Positions 25,491-35,812 of a stretch of DNA of 64,000 nt are shown here, one piece after another. This DNA comes from an uncultured Erysipelotrichaceae bacterium. Its GTDB lineage: Bacteria; Bacillota_I; Bacilli_A; Erysipelotrichales; Erysipelotrichaceae. Position numbers and translations under genes: made by a program. The stretch's first letter is position 1, and the number at the start of each line of letters is the position of its first letter. The stretch lies in contig CALVGN010000040.1 of the NCBI GenBank assembly GCA_944327105.1, positions 4,247-68,246 on the forward strand, written 5' to 3'. The notes under the pieces are model-generated. The model had not been told where the DNA came from, made no database searches, and worked only from the letters and a program-made list of their open reading frames with translations.

Positions 25491-26733
25491 TATCCTGCTG
25501 GCATTAAATGCCTTACGCGCCAATAAAATGCGCTCATTATTGACCATGCTTGGTATCATCATCGGAATTGCATCTGTGATCGGTATCACCACCATCGGTG
25601 ATTCGCTGAGCGGTTATATCAATACCACCATGAGCGGTCTGGGCGCATCCAATCTCACTGTCAATGTCACCGAAAAAAGCGAGAGCGATGATTTTTTGGA
25701 TACGTTGCTGATGTTTGCACCTTCTTCACCATCTGAAAAAGACATGATCACTCAATCGATGCTGGATCAATATCAAACAACGTTTGATGGATATATCCAG
25801 GATATCGCCTATTCCACTTCCATTGGTTCAACCACCTTGACCTTGAATAACACGGATTATCATCTGACACTCAACGGTGTCAATGCGGGTATCGCACATA
25901 CCGAATCCATCGAATTGGTCACTGGTCGATTCATCCGCGATGATGACGCGACCCGAAAAGTGGCAATCATCGCAGACACTTTGGCCACTGCCCTTTATCC
26001 CAATATCGATCCGCTGGGCCATACCATCGAACTTTCCATCCTTGGTTCAACCATCCCCTTCTATATCGTCGGCGTCTATGCCGATCCCAATGCCAATACG
26101 CCCATGGCATTGATCATGCCAAACCAATCCACAGTCTATATCCCCTATGAATGTGCCATCGATCTGACCTATGGCAACCAAGGCTATTCATCCTTGACGA
26201 TCGTTCCTGCCATTGGCGTGGACAATGATTGGTTTTTAGACAGTACCCAGAAATTTTTTGAATCATATTATTATCGCAATGACTCCCATACTGTAACGGC
26301 TTATTCTTTGGATACCATGTTGGAAAGCATGAACGATATGATCAATGCCGTATCCATCGCCATTGCCTGTATCGCGGCCATTTCATTGTTGGTCGGTGGG
26401 ATCGGTGTGATGAATATCATGCTGGTCTCCATCACCGAGCGCACCCGAGAAATCGGTACACGGGTAGCGCTTGGTGCAAGGCCGATGGATATACGCGTTC
26501 AGTTTGTTGTCGAGTCGATCATCATCTGTCTGATCGGCGGCATGATCGGCATGGTTCTAGGGATCGCTTTAGCCAATGTCGGGACCAGTCTGTTAGGATT
26601 TGCAGCATCACCAAGCTTAGGCAACTGCATTATGGCCATTTCATTTTCCATGGCAATCGGTGTATTCTTTGGTTACTACCCGGCTAACAAAGCGGCAAAA
26701 CTGGACCCGATCGATGCATTGCGCTACGAATAA
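25483..26733 (+). CDS. ABC transporter permease (FtsX/MacB-type)
   Basis: 416-aa ORF with an N-terminal TM, a large extracytoplasmic domain and a C-terminal FtsX-like 3-TM module (ERTREIGTRVALGA). Confidence 0.88.
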   Translation: MDNILLALNALRANKMRSLLTMLGIIIGIASVIGITTIGDSLSGYINTTMSGLGASNLTVNVTEKSESDDFLDTLLMFAPSSPSEKDMITQSMLDQYQTTFDGYIQDIAYSTSIGSTTLTLNNTDYHLTLNGVNAGIAHTESIELVTGRFIRDDDATRKVAIIADTLATALYPNIDPLGHTIELSILGSTIPFYIVGVYADPNANTPMALIMPNQSTVYIPYECAIDLTYGNQGYSSLTIVPAIGVDNDWFLDSTQKFFESYYYRNDSHTVTAYSLDTMLESMNDMINAVSIAIACIAAISLLVGGIGVMNIMLVSITERTREIGTRVALGARPMDIRVQFVVESIIICLIGGMIGMVLGIALANVGTSLLGFAASPSLGNCIMAISFSMAIGVFFGYYPANKAAKLDPIDALRYE

Positions 26734-26785
26734 GGCGCATCGTGTGCACAAAAATCCAAAAAACGTTCGCTTTCTTCTGCAATCA

Positions 26786-26957
26786 TGCTATACTACTTCC
26801 CGCATCAATAAGCAGCATATGGTGTTGATGTGATGCGCGTTTGCACAATATTGTCTTCTTTAGTAGCTAACTGCTTATAGCCAACGAGTTCATGCAAACC
26901 CCACATATCGATAAACCATGCGCGTTATTGTGGCAGCCACAATAAGGAGGAAGAAAG
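26786..26957 (+). promoter_or_regulatory. rpsD promoter and ~150-nt structured leader (possible S4 autoregulatory site)
   Basis: Extended -10 TGcTATACT at 26786-26794. The hairpin ttattgtgg-cag-ccacaataa (26925-26945) abuts the SD GGAGG. S4 autoregulation of rpsD is known in B. subtilis. Conservation here is untested. Confidence 0.35.
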
Positions 26958-27590
26958 ATGGCACGTTATACCGGTCCGGTTTGGAAAGTCTCCCGTCGTT
27001 TGAGCTTTTCCGTCTTAGAAACCGGCAAGGAATTCGCGAAAGACAGCCAGGGCAGAGACCGCCGCAATTACATTCCCGGTCAGCACGGCTTCGCACAGAA
27101 AAACAGACGACCCAAGATGAGCAACTATGGTCTGCAGTTGCGTGAAAAACAAAAAATCCGCAATACTTACGGACTCAATGAAAAACAGTTCAGGAACCTG
27201 TTCGAAAGAGCGAAACGCATGAGCGGGGTTATCGGTGAAAACTTCTTGAATCTGTTGGAATCCCGTTTGGATAATCTGGTTTACCGTATGGGATTTGCCA
27301 TGACGCGTCGTCAGGCCCGTCAGTTAGTCAACCATGGTCATATTCTGGTCAATGGTAAGAAAGTGGATATCCCATCCTACCGTTGCAAACCTGGAGATAC
27401 CGTTGAGTTGCGTGAAAAGAGCAGACAGTTGCAGATCGTCAAGGATGCACTGGAAGCTTCTGTGGGTACAGTCGCATTCGTCAATGTCGACAAAGACGCG
27501 CGCAAAGGGACATTCACCCGTCTGCCGGAACGCAGCGAGTTGAACCGCGATTTCAACGAATTGCTGGTCGTCGAATACTACAACCGTTAA
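26958..27590 (+). CDS. rpsD: 30S ribosomal protein S4
   Basis: 210-aa ORF beginning [15 protein letters not shown], with an S4 RNA-binding domain. The SD is AAGGAGG. Confidence 0.95.
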   Translation: MARYTGPVWKVSRRLSFSVLETGKEFAKDSQGRDRRNYIPGQHGFAQKNRRPKMSNYGLQLREKQKIRNTYGLNEKQFRNLFERAKRMSGVIGENFLNLLESRLDNLVYRMGFAMTRRQARQLVNHGHILVNGKKVDIPSYRCKPGDTVELREKSRQLQIVKDALEASVGTVAFVNVDKDARKGTFTRLPERSELNRDFNELLVVEYYNR

Positions 27591-27614
27591 TCAAACCGAT
27601 TGATGTGTATGTCA

Positions 27615-27650
27615 AAAAGCTTTCCACAATGGCTGGAAAGCTTTTTTATT
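27615..27650 (+). terminator. rho-independent terminator of rpsD
   Basis: 12-bp stem aaaagctttcca/tggaaagctttt followed by a T-run. Confidence 0.8.
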
Positions 27651-27662
27651 ATGGTCGGACCA

Positions 27663-27691
27663 TAAAAAAAACATGAAGCTAACGCTTCATG
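27663..27691 (-). terminator. rho-independent terminator of gmk
   Basis: catgaagc-gtta-gcttcatg followed by tttttttt on the minus strand. The gmk TAG stop lies in the hairpin. Confidence 0.75.
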
Positions 27692-28245
27692 TGGTTTTGG
27701 ATGATGATTTCAATGGATCTGGCAGCGATGTTGACGTCTTGATTGCAGATGACGTAGTCATATAAGCCACTGGACTTCATTTCTTCTTTGGCTTTGTCCA
27801 GCCGCTTTTCAATGACCGTTTCACTTTCGCTGCCGCGGTTGCGGATGCGGTTGGCCAGCTCATCCATACTCGGTGGGGTGATAAAGATCGATAATGCATC
27901 CGGGCAGCGGCTCATCACTTGTTTTGCACCCTGCACATCGATTTCCAATAAAACATTGGTGCCTTGGTTGCGCATGGTTTCAACCATGGCTACTGGGGTG
28001 CCGTAATAATGATCGACAAACTTGGCATATTCCAGTAGTTCATGATTTTCGATCGCTTGTTGGAAACGCTGCGCAGTGACAAAATAATAATTAACGCCAT
28101 CCACTTCCCCTTCCCGCGGTGTACGGGTAGTCATGGAAATGGAATAGGCCAGACGGTTGGCCGGATTGGACAAAACCTGTTTGAGCACGGTCCCTTTGCC
28201 GACTCCGCTGGGGCCGCTGACAACGATCAGCAATCCTTTTTTCAT
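27679..28245 (-). CDS. gmk: guanylate kinase
   Basis: Begins MKKGLLIVVSGPSGVGKGT, followed by the GMP-binding region. The ATG at 28245 has a GAGGGGA SD. The ORF-track start at 28284 is rejected. Confidence 0.9.
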   Translation of the reverse strand: MKKGLLIVVSGPSGVGKGTVLKQVLSNPANRLAYSISMTTRTPREGEVDGVNYYFVTAQRFQQAIENHELLEYAKFVDHYYGTPVAMVETMRNQGTNVLLEIDVQGAKQVMSRCPDALSIFITPPSMDELANRIRNRGSESETVIEKRLDKAKEEMKSSGLYDYVICNQDVNIAARSIEIIIQNHMKR

Positions 28246-28291
28246 CCGTTTTCCCCTCTCTATTGAATGGGTATAGCATAGCAAACCTGAT

Positions 28292-28319
28292 TTGCATTTA
28301 AAAGAAATTTTTCTATAAT
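28292..28319 (+). promoter_or_regulatory. sigma-A-type promoter placed for a leaderless rqcH transcript
   Basis: TTGCAT (28292-28297), a 16-nt spacer, then TATAAT (28314-28319). The ATG at 28328 is only 8 nt downstream of the -10. Confidence 0.45.
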
Positions 28320-28327
28320 CTTAAGGC

Positions 28328-29974
28328 ATGGCAATGGATGGCATTCTGATTCATAAAGTGGTCGAACGTCTCAATGATCTGGTACCGGCCAAGGTACAAA
28401 AAATTGCACAGATTTCAGATTATGAGATGGTTTTGACCATGCGTAACGCTGCGATGGGGCGATTTGAATTGTTCATCAGTGCGCATCCGAAAACCAACCA
28501 TGTCTCATTGATCGAACATAAAATCGAAGGATTGGATGAACCAAAAGGGTTTGTGATGTTGGCACGCAAGCACTTGGAACAAAGTGTACTGGTGCGCATC
28601 GAGCAGACGTGCTATGACCGTTGGTTTTCAATGGTCTTTCAAACGTATAACACCTTAGGTGATCCTGTCGAAAAACGACTGATCATTGAATTAATGGGCA
28701 AGTATGCCAATATCATTTTGGTCAATGAAAACGGCACGATATTGGACGCTGTCAAACGGATACCACCCTTTCAGAATCAGATGCGTACCATCCAGCCTGG
28801 TGCACAATTTGTGGCAACACCACTGCAAAGCGGGCGAAAAGATCCGTTTGAAACAGATCATATCGATCCAGAAATTGCGCTTAGCAGCCAGTTTTACGGT
28901 TTTGGCAAAGATTTAGCCAATGAAGTAGAATATCGGCTGAAAAATGGAATGTCCTTTGGTTCGATCATGGATGAAATCGATTCAAGCCAATTCCTTTATA
29001 TTTGCACAGATGCGCCCATTCCGTCGCATTACCATTGCATTGCATTGGACCACCGCCACACAACCATACGGCAAATGGATTTATTTGCCGGATTGAATTA
29101 TATCTTTTCACAAAGCGAAGCCATCGAACGATTGAAACTAGTCACATCGGATGTCACCAAATGCATCAAGTCGAATCTGAAGCATCTGCAGGGAAAATTA
29201 CCGAAACTCCAACAGGCACTGGATGAAGCGATGGATTGTGATCGATATCGCCTTTATGGTGATCTGATCTATACCTGTCCCAGACAGGATAATGGATATG
29301 ACCATATTCTGGCACATGATTATACCTGTGACAGCGATGTTTTGATCCCATTGGATCCCCGTTATGACTCCTATGGCAATGCCAAACGGTATTATCAAAA
29401 ATATACCAAACAAAAAAAAGGGATCGCTCACATCCAGCAGCAGATCGAGATCACGACCAAAGAACGGGATTATTTTGCCACGTTGAGTGAACAACTGGAT
29501 TACATGGATGTTCTGGCAGCGACCCAGATCCGTCAGCAACTGCAGGATAAAGGGTATCTGAAGAAAAACAAAACCAAACCGGGAAAGAAGAAAAAGAAAG
29601 AAAACGGGATCGCTGTTAACAAAATCAATGTGGATGGGACCATCATCTACTATGGTAAAAACCATATTCAAAATGAACAGGTCACCTTCAATACCAATGC
29701 CCGAAAAGGCATGTGGTTCCATGTCTTGAATTCCAGTGGTGCCCATGTATTGCTCAGTGCACATACGGATGATGAGTTCTATATCCGTCTGTGTGCCCAA
29801 ATTGCTGCATTGTTTTCCAAATACCGCTACTCTTCTTCGGTTGCGGTCCAGTATTGTCCGGTCAACAAAGTACGTAAAATGCCAAAAGGCCAACCGGGAC
29901 AGGTATTATTGGATCACTATAAGACCATTTATATCGATCCTGATCCAGCGTTGTTGGATCAATATGGATTATAG
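28328..29974 (+). CDS. rqcH: ribosome quality control protein RqcH (NFACT family, FbpA-like)
   Basis: 548-aa ORF with an NFACT-N terminus (MDGILIHKVVERLNDL), a coiled-coil middle and a C-terminal NFACT-R/DUF814 region (GMWFHVLNSSGAHVLL). Confidence 0.85.
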   Translation: MAMDGILIHKVVERLNDLVPAKVQKIAQISDYEMVLTMRNAAMGRFELFISAHPKTNHVSLIEHKIEGLDEPKGFVMLARKHLEQSVLVRIEQTCYDRWFSMVFQTYNTLGDPVEKRLIIELMGKYANIILVNENGTILDAVKRIPPFQNQMRTIQPGAQFVATPLQSGRKDPFETDHIDPEIALSSQFYGFGKDLANEVEYRLKNGMSFGSIMDEIDSSQFLYICTDAPIPSHYHCIALDHRHTTIRQMDLFAGLNYIFSQSEAIERLKLVTSDVTKCIKSNLKHLQGKLPKLQQALDEAMDCDRYRLYGDLIYTCPRQDNGYDHILAHDYTCDSDVLIPLDPRYDSYGNAKRYYQKYTKQKKGIAHIQQQIEITTKERDYFATLSEQLDYMDVLAATQIRQQLQDKGYLKKNKTKPGKKKKKENGIAVNKINVDGTIIYYGKNHIQNEQVTFNTNARKGMWFHVLNSSGAHVLLSAHTDDEFYIRLCAQIAALFSKYRYSSSVAVQYCPVNKVRKMPKGQPGQVLLDHYKTIYIDPDPALLDQYGL

Positions 29975-29983
29975 AAAATAAAT

Positions 29984-30020
29984 GGACCATCGTATCCGAT
30001 CGGATACGATGGTCCGTTTT
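29984..30020. terminator. bidirectional terminator
   Basis: 15-bp stem ggaccatcgtatccg/cggatacgatggtcc, A-rich on the left and T-rich on the right. It lies between the convergent rqcH and rluB genes. Confidence 0.8.
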
Positions 30021-30045
30021 ATCATTCGATGGTAAAACCAAAGGT

Positions 30046-30777
30046 TTATTCATTGCGACTTAATGCCTGATTGACCAACATTTTCCGCTCATCTTTTCTC
30101 AAGCGACGATATTCACCCGGTTTTAATGGTTTAAGCAGTACATGTCCAAATTCCACCCGACATAAACGCGTGACATTCAATCCAAAATGAGCGATCATGC
30201 GACGAATTTGACGGTTCTTTCCTTCATACAAGGTGATTTTCAATTTCATCAATGGTTTATCGGGTTTGACCACATCCACACTGACTTTGCATGGGGCTGT
30301 TTTCCCATCTTCCAGTTCGATCCCTTTGCGTAACTGATCCAGATCATCATTGCTGAGCAATCCGTCAATGGTCACTTCATAGACTTTGCCGATATGATAT
30401 TTGGGATGGATCATCATCTGGGTGAATTCACCATCATTGCTGACGAATATCAATCCGCTGGAATCATAATCGAGTCGGCCGACGGGATAAAGCCGTTGGG
30501 GAACATCACGGAAAAAATCAGCGATGCAGGTTCTGCCTTTTTCATCCAAAACGGTGGCAATGACGTTACGCGGCTTATAAAAGACATAGGTCACTTCTTC
30601 TTCCTTGTTGCTGTATTGGACACCATCCACTTCGATGATGTCATTGCCATTGACCTTGGTTCCCAATTCAGTAATGGTTTGACCATTGACTTTGACACGT
30701 CCTGCTTTGATCAATTCTTCGGCTTTGCGACGGGATGCGATCCCGTATTGCGCCATGACTTTTTGTAATCGTTCCAT
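30046..30777 (-). CDS. rluB: rRNA pseudouridine synthase (RluB/RsuA family)
   Basis: 243-aa ORF with an N-terminal S4 domain (ASRRKAEELIKAGRVKVNG) and the catalytic GRLDYDSSGL. Confidence 0.88.
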   Translation of the reverse strand: MERLQKVMAQYGIASRRKAEELIKAGRVKVNGQTITELGTKVNGNDIIEVDGVQYSNKEEEVTYVFYKPRNVIATVLDEKGRTCIADFFRDVPQRLYPVGRLDYDSSGLIFVSNDGEFTQMMIHPKYHIGKVYEVTIDGLLSNDDLDQLRKGIELEDGKTAPCKVSVDVVKPDKPLMKLKITLYEGKNRQIRRMIAHFGLNVTRLCRVEFGHVLLKPLKPGEYRRLRKDERKMLVNQALSRNE

Positions 30778-30802
30778 TGTTTCTCCTTAACATTGACACC
30801 AC

Positions 30803-31084
30803 TCAATGGTGGTTTTTGTTTCCCCAATAGTTGCTACCGGCCGTGGTAAAATCATCGATGATATCCACATCCACCATCCCGTTTGGATCCATGGATGCCA
30901 AAATGCTGGCCCGTTTATGCCCATCGATAACGATATAACGGGGCGAACCATCATAGCCGCTATATATGGTTTTGACCCTTAAGGGAAAGGTTTGACCCTG
31001 ACGTTTCAATGATTGGGCCAGATCGGGATGATTCAGATCAATGGTGAATATCAGCTTACGGATACAGATGCGATCAGCGCGCAT
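30803..31084 (-). CDS. small ParB/sulfiredoxin-fold domain protein
   Basis: 93-aa ORF. The sequence LAQSLKRQGQTFPLRV...YIVIDGHKRASIL matches the ParB N-domain pattern (..L..si...G...Pi.v....y.viDGhrR). It overlaps the upstream 906-aa gene by 11 nt. Confidence 0.5.
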   Translation of the reverse strand: MRADRICIRKLIFTIDLNHPDLAQSLKRQGQTFPLRVKTIYSGYDGSPRYIVIDGHKRASILASMDPNGMVDVDIIDDFTTAGSNYWGNKNHH

Positions 31085-33794
31085 GGATTTTCCTCCGTCT
31101 TTTCTTGCGTTTGTTGATATTGACCATCACAAAGATGATCCAAACCACAAGTACCACCACCAATAAAGCAAAGATAGAAAGACGCATCATGGTCGTGGCC
31201 ATATCCGTAAATGGCGCATCATCATTGTCCATGGTGATGACTTCATTGGGATCAGTGCCACTTAAAATCTGAGTCGTTGGTTTGGTCAAGATCACCAATG
31301 TACCGGTATGCTCCGTGAGCATGGATAAAGTGGTCGAACCAATGGATACTGGCAATTGATAGACCGCATCCCCATCGATCACTAACGCTGACACAGCATT
31401 ACCTTGAACACTCGAAGCGGCAATGGTCAATACCAATGGCGCATTCAGTTTGATGGCATGACGATTATGCTCCAGGGATAAATCATAAACGGAAGCAATG
31501 GTATAACCATCGTTGATATAGTGGTTGACGGCCATATTGGTTTGAATGGTATCATCCAAATCGGTGTTGTTTAGACCAATCGTGATCACATTTTCAAACC
31601 ATCCATCTGCTTTGACCGTCTTGAAATCCAATGCCATGGATAGATTGGATATCCCAAGAAGATCATCCCCTTCCAGATGATAGGTGAATCCATTTTCATG
31701 GATGATGGGAACCATAATGGCATCCAGTTGCCGATATTGACCCATGGTCAATATCGGTAACGTATTGGCATTATCCAAAATGGTTTTAAATGCGCTGATT
31801 TCTTCTAAAGTGGCTGAACCATAATCAATGGTGGCATTGATCGTATCCTGGATATAGCGATAAGTTTGATCCAATTGAGATGAAACTTCGACGGTAAACG
31901 AAGTGGTCTGACCACCATAACGAACGTAAACACGCTGGATCCCGTTGATGTCGAAGCGATATCCTTCGATCATATCCATGGTCAGATCCACCGTTTCATT
32001 GGTCCCATCACGATATCGAAGCATCACTTTGCCATTGGTACAGTCAAAACGTTCATTGGTTTCATAAATGGTTTTCGGCAAAGTGACCATGGTCAACCCA
32101 ACAGTATCGTGATAGATCGCCCGATAATTCATGGTCTTACCATCATCACTCACCAATTCATATCCCTGAAACTGACCACCATCTTTAAGGGGTATGGCCA
32201 ATGACGGATAACGCGGATCCATGGTATAGCTCATACTTATATTACCATCCGCAAAAGTCCCACCATTCGCATCCAGGTTCACCTGAACCATTTGGCTGTC
32301 ATTATCCATTTCTCCGATGATCGTATCCACCACATCTTTTGGGATATAGCCCACATTGACCGTGTTTCCCCATTGATCCGTCACTTCATGATCCAGTACG
32401 ATCTGATAATAATTGCCACTTTCACCATTGATCAATACACTGTTGAGCCGCTTTGGTGCATAACTGTAAGCAATGGTTGGATCATCGCTATCGATCAATA
32501 CATCCACCGCTTCATCATCGCTGAACAAACCGATCTGATAGCTATCTTTCATGTTCAATCCCATGGTGGAATCCATATCATACAGATATCCGGCTGCTTT
32601 TTCACCCCAATACGGATCAGATGCATAGGATACGTTCATTCCGCTTTCCTTGTTCCCGAAAAAGCAACCGTGATACGTAAAGTCATCGGGATTGCAATAG
32701 GATTCGACAATATAATTGGCACCATGGGAGGCAATGGAGTTTGAAACGGAAAGATATCGGGATGCATTGGCTTCCACGGCGGAATCATAAGCCGCATGAC
32801 CGAATAGATTATTGCGGGTATAGGCCAGATGTGAGCGGCCAAGGCCACTTTCATTCAAACTCAATGCAGCCATCATTAATCCATTGACCCCATAGCGGTA
32901 TTGGTTGGTCAAAAATGCATTGGCACTGTCAAAGAGCATGCTTTGCGTCAGATCATCACTGATACTGTCATGGCCCAGATCCGAATAGCTGGACATGGTT
33001 TCAACCATGCCATAGGCGTTGAAATATGTATTGAGTGTGGTTTCATCCACCTTGGCTAACGAGCGATGCGAAAGATATTGATAGAAGTTATAATATGGCT
33101 GATTTGCATTGATGGCTTGACCATGGCTAACGGTGGTCAGATCATCAAATAAACGTTGAAGATCATCATAGAAATAATGCCCATCGGGTGAATAATAATC
33201 CTGACCTTCGGTTAGATACGTCGGTGATTGATCGATCACCACCGTATTGGCATAGGTATCGACAGATAAACTGCCTTTGATAAAATGGACCAATTCACCA
33301 TCAATGATGCGGTATTTGCTGATGGTCGTCTCCAAATAACTCAGTGGTACCAATGTCGCATGACTGGCCGATACCCATACGGTATTACCACTGTAGTGCA
33401 TGGCATAATAGGTGCCATTACTGTTGGAATGGGAATAATACCCATCGATGCCATAGCAGGCATTGGTATAACCATTTTCATCCGTGGTGACATCGATCAG
33501 ATCAATGGTGGTATTGCAGTCCGAAGCATTGAGAAAAACCAGTCCTTCATGCATGGCGACGATCGAATCACCATGAATGATCAACCAGTCGTCATTTCCG
33601 TTTTGATAATATGCATAGGCATCCGCGTAAGTATCGAATACCGCCAAGGCGGTATTGGGATCATCTTCACTAACCACCCGATAGCCATCCATGGATTGGA
33701 TATCCGTGATATCCATGGTCAAACCATCAATTGAAGAAAACAACATCCCACCGATAAACGATAAAAAAAGGCACCATCGTTTCATGGTGACCAT
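31074..33794 (-). CDS. secreted, C-terminally membrane-anchored cell-wall hydrolase with an N-acetylglucosaminidase domain
   Basis: 906-aa ORF with a signal peptide (MKRWCLFLSFIGGMLF) and a glucosaminidase motif (LNESGLGRSHLAYTRNNLFGHAAYDS). It also has a Listeria/Bacteroides-type repeat (VNLDANGGTF...GGQFQGYEL) and a C-terminal TM plus KRKKRRRK tail. Confidence 0.75.
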   Translation of the reverse strand: MVTMKRWCLFLSFIGGMLFSSIDGLTMDITDIQSMDGYRVVSEDDPNTALAVFDTYADAYAYYQNGNDDWLIIHGDSIVAMHEGLVFLNASDCNTTIDLIDVTTDENGYTNACYGIDGYYSHSNSNGTYYAMHYSGNTVWVSASHATLVPLSYLETTISKYRIIDGELVHFIKGSLSVDTYANTVVIDQSPTYLTEGQDYYSPDGHYFYDDLQRLFDDLTTVSHGQAINANQPYYNFYQYLSHRSLAKVDETTLNTYFNAYGMVETMSSYSDLGHDSISDDLTQSMLFDSANAFLTNQYRYGVNGLMMAALSLNESGLGRSHLAYTRNNLFGHAAYDSAVEANASRYLSVSNSIASHGANYIVESYCNPDDFTYHGCFFGNKESGMNVSYASDPYWGEKAAGYLYDMDSTMGLNMKDSYQIGLFSDDEAVDVLIDSDDPTIAYSYAPKRLNSVLINGESGNYYQIVLDHEVTDQWGNTVNVGYIPKDVVDTIIGEMDNDSQMVQVNLDANGGTFADGNISMSYTMDPRYPSLAIPLKDGGQFQGYELVSDDGKTMNYRAIYHDTVGLTMVTLPKTIYETNERFDCTNGKVMLRYRDGTNETVDLTMDMIEGYRFDINGIQRVYVRYGGQTTSFTVEVSSQLDQTYRYIQDTINATIDYGSATLEEISAFKTILDNANTLPILTMGQYRQLDAIMVPIIHENGFTYHLEGDDLLGISNLSMALDFKTVKADGWFENVITIGLNNTDLDDTIQTNMAVNHYINDGYTIASVYDLSLEHNRHAIKLNAPLVLTIAASSVQGNAVSALVIDGDAVYQLPVSIGSTTLSMLTEHTGTLVILTKPTTQILSGTDPNEVITMDNDDAPFTDMATTMMRLSIFALLVVVLVVWIIFVMVNINKRKKRRRKIHAR

Positions 33795-33826
33795 TTTACC
33801 ATGAAACGCCTGGTGCCTTTATGGGT

Positions 33827-34852
33827 TTATCCGTGTGAAAGCAATGTGTTCAATTGATCGATATAATATCGTTTTTGTGAACTGGTCAAACCAAATGCAG
33901 CATTGAATGCATTGATATTCATCTGAATGATATCTTTGATCGTCAATCCCATATCATCAATTAGATGATCATATTCATCCAACAGGGTAATATCGGATAA
34001 CGTCCGGTTATCACACGATACGGTGACCTTTATTCCGTGTTGATACAGTGGTTTTAGGGGATGATTTGGATAAGATGGCTGGTTTTTGCAATGGACATTG
34101 CTGGTTGGACACATTTCCAATGTGACATCATTGGTTCGAACCATTTCCACAATGGATGGATCATGGATGCAATTGCCACCATGACCGATGCGTTTTGCTC
34201 CCATCTTTATTGCACTTTCGACATGGTCAGGACCACCGGCTTCTCCGGCATGGATCGTATACGGAACATTCAACGATCTCGCTTTTTCAAAAAACGGACG
34301 GTAATGGTCCATGGGAACCGCACCTTCGGCACCGGCAAGATCAATGGCCACGACCCCTTTGTCAAGATAGTGATACGCTAGATCCAATGTGGTCCAGTTG
34401 AGTGCATCATTATCATTGACGGGATCGATCATCATACAGCAGATGATCCCGATTTGAATGGGCAACCCGTCGGCTTTGGCCTTATCCACCCCTTCCAGCA
34501 CAGCTTCCAATGCGTCTTTCTGGTTTAGACCCTTTTGCAGATGATATTGAGGGGCAAAGCGGATCTCCGCATAAACGATCCCTTCATCGCACAGACGTTT
34601 GATCAAATCATAGGTGCATTCCTCAATGGCTTTTCGATGCTGCAATAATGCCAAAGGCAAATCAAAACAAGCCAGATAAGTTGCCAGATCAGGGACGTCT
34701 TCGGGTACGATCATGCGATGGGAAAAGGCAGCATAATCTTCCTGCGGTTGGATCAGATCCAGTTGTTTGGCCAGCGTATATGCCAGTTTGGGATTGATGG
34801 AACCATCCAGATGCAGATGGAGTTCAGCTTTGGGAAATTGGTAGTGCATCAT
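33827..34852 (-). CDS. add: adenosine deaminase
   Basis: 341-aa ORF with the metal-binding motif ELHLHLDGS, plus HAGE and SCDN motifs. Confidence 0.9.
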   Translation of the reverse strand: MMHYQFPKAELHLHLDGSINPKLAYTLAKQLDLIQPQEDYAAFSHRMIVPEDVPDLATYLACFDLPLALLQHRKAIEECTYDLIKRLCDEGIVYAEIRFAPQYHLQKGLNQKDALEAVLEGVDKAKADGLPIQIGIICCMMIDPVNDNDALNWTTLDLAYHYLDKGVVAIDLAGAEGAVPMDHYRPFFEKARSLNVPYTIHAGEAGGPDHVESAIKMGAKRIGHGGNCIHDPSIVEMVRTNDVTLEMCPTSNVHCKNQPSYPNHPLKPLYQHGIKVTVSCDNRTLSDITLLDEYDHLIDDMGLTIKDIIQMNINAFNAAFGLTSSQKRYYIDQLNTLLSHG

Positions 34853-34902
34853 GTTATTCGGTGGTTAAACCACTCTCTCCTTTGAATCATTCTATCATAT
34901 GA

Positions 34903-35727
34903 TCAAAATGGCATGGCGTTGACAATCGAAATCATCAGTTGTTCAAAAACTTCACCCTTTTGTTGTGCAGTTTGCACCACATCATCTCCAGATAATGTTT
35001 CCTCCTTGATCCCGGCTGCCATATTGGTGATCAAACTCATGGCCAATACCGGCAAACCGCAATGGTCAGCGGCGATCACTTCCGGCACGGTGCTCATACC
35101 AACTGCATCTGCACCGAAAAGACGGAATGCCTTGATTTCTGCCGGTGTTTCATAACTGGGACCCATGAAACCAAGGTATACGCCTTCTTTTAGATCGATA
35201 TCCAGCTTTTTGGCACACTCACGGGCGATCTGTTGATAATTTATGTTGTACACATGGCTCATGTCAAAGAAACGGGGACCGATGGTTTCATCATTGCACC
35301 CGCGAAGCGGATTATTCCCCATCAAATTGATATGATCGTTGATCAGCATGAAATCACCGACGGAAAAATCAAGATTGATCCCACCGGCTGCGTTGGTTAA
35401 AACCAGTGCTTTACAACCCAACGCCTTTAACACCTGGATCGGCAAAGCGATGGTGGACATGTCATAGCCTTCATAATAATGAAAGCGTCCCTGCATGGCC
35501 AATACTTTCTTGCCGCTTAACGTTCCAGCGACAAACCGTCCGGCATGGCCGGGGGCTGTGGATACAGGAAAATGGGGGACATCCCCATAGGGGATATAAA
35601 TGGGTGCGTTGATTTTATCCGCCAAACCACCAAGTCCTGAGCCGAGTATAATGGCCAGATCAGGGGTAAAGTGGATTTTGGAATGGATATAGTCCACAGC
35701 TTGTTGGATTTGTATTTGTCGATTCAT
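34903..35727 (-). CDS. punA: purine nucleoside phosphorylase (PunA type)
   Basis: 274-aa ORF with ILGSGLGGLAD, GRFHYYEGY and MSTVPEV motifs. Confidence 0.9.
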   Translation of the reverse strand: MNRQIQIQQAVDYIHSKIHFTPDLAIILGSGLGGLADKINAPIYIPYGDVPHFPVSTAPGHAGRFVAGTLSGKKVLAMQGRFHYYEGYDMSTIALPIQVLKALGCKALVLTNAAGGINLDFSVGDFMLINDHINLMGNNPLRGCNDETIGPRFFDMSHVYNINYQQIARECAKKLDIDLKEGVYLGFMGPSYETPAEIKAFRLFGADAVGMSTVPEVIAADHCGLPVLAMSLITNMAAGIKEETLSGDDVVQTAQQKGEVFEQLMISIVNAMPF

Positions 35728-35773
35728 GAAATGGTCCTTTCAATATGGTTGATACCATCATATCATTGCTGAT

Positions 35774-35798
35774 CAAAAAGCCACACCCTTGGGTGTGG
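35774..35798 (-). terminator. terminator after the M20 hydrolase gene
   Basis: ccacac-ccttgg-gtgtgg, followed on the minus strand by cttttt. Confidence 0.55.
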
Positions 35799-35812
35799 TT
35801 ATGGTCAAACCA

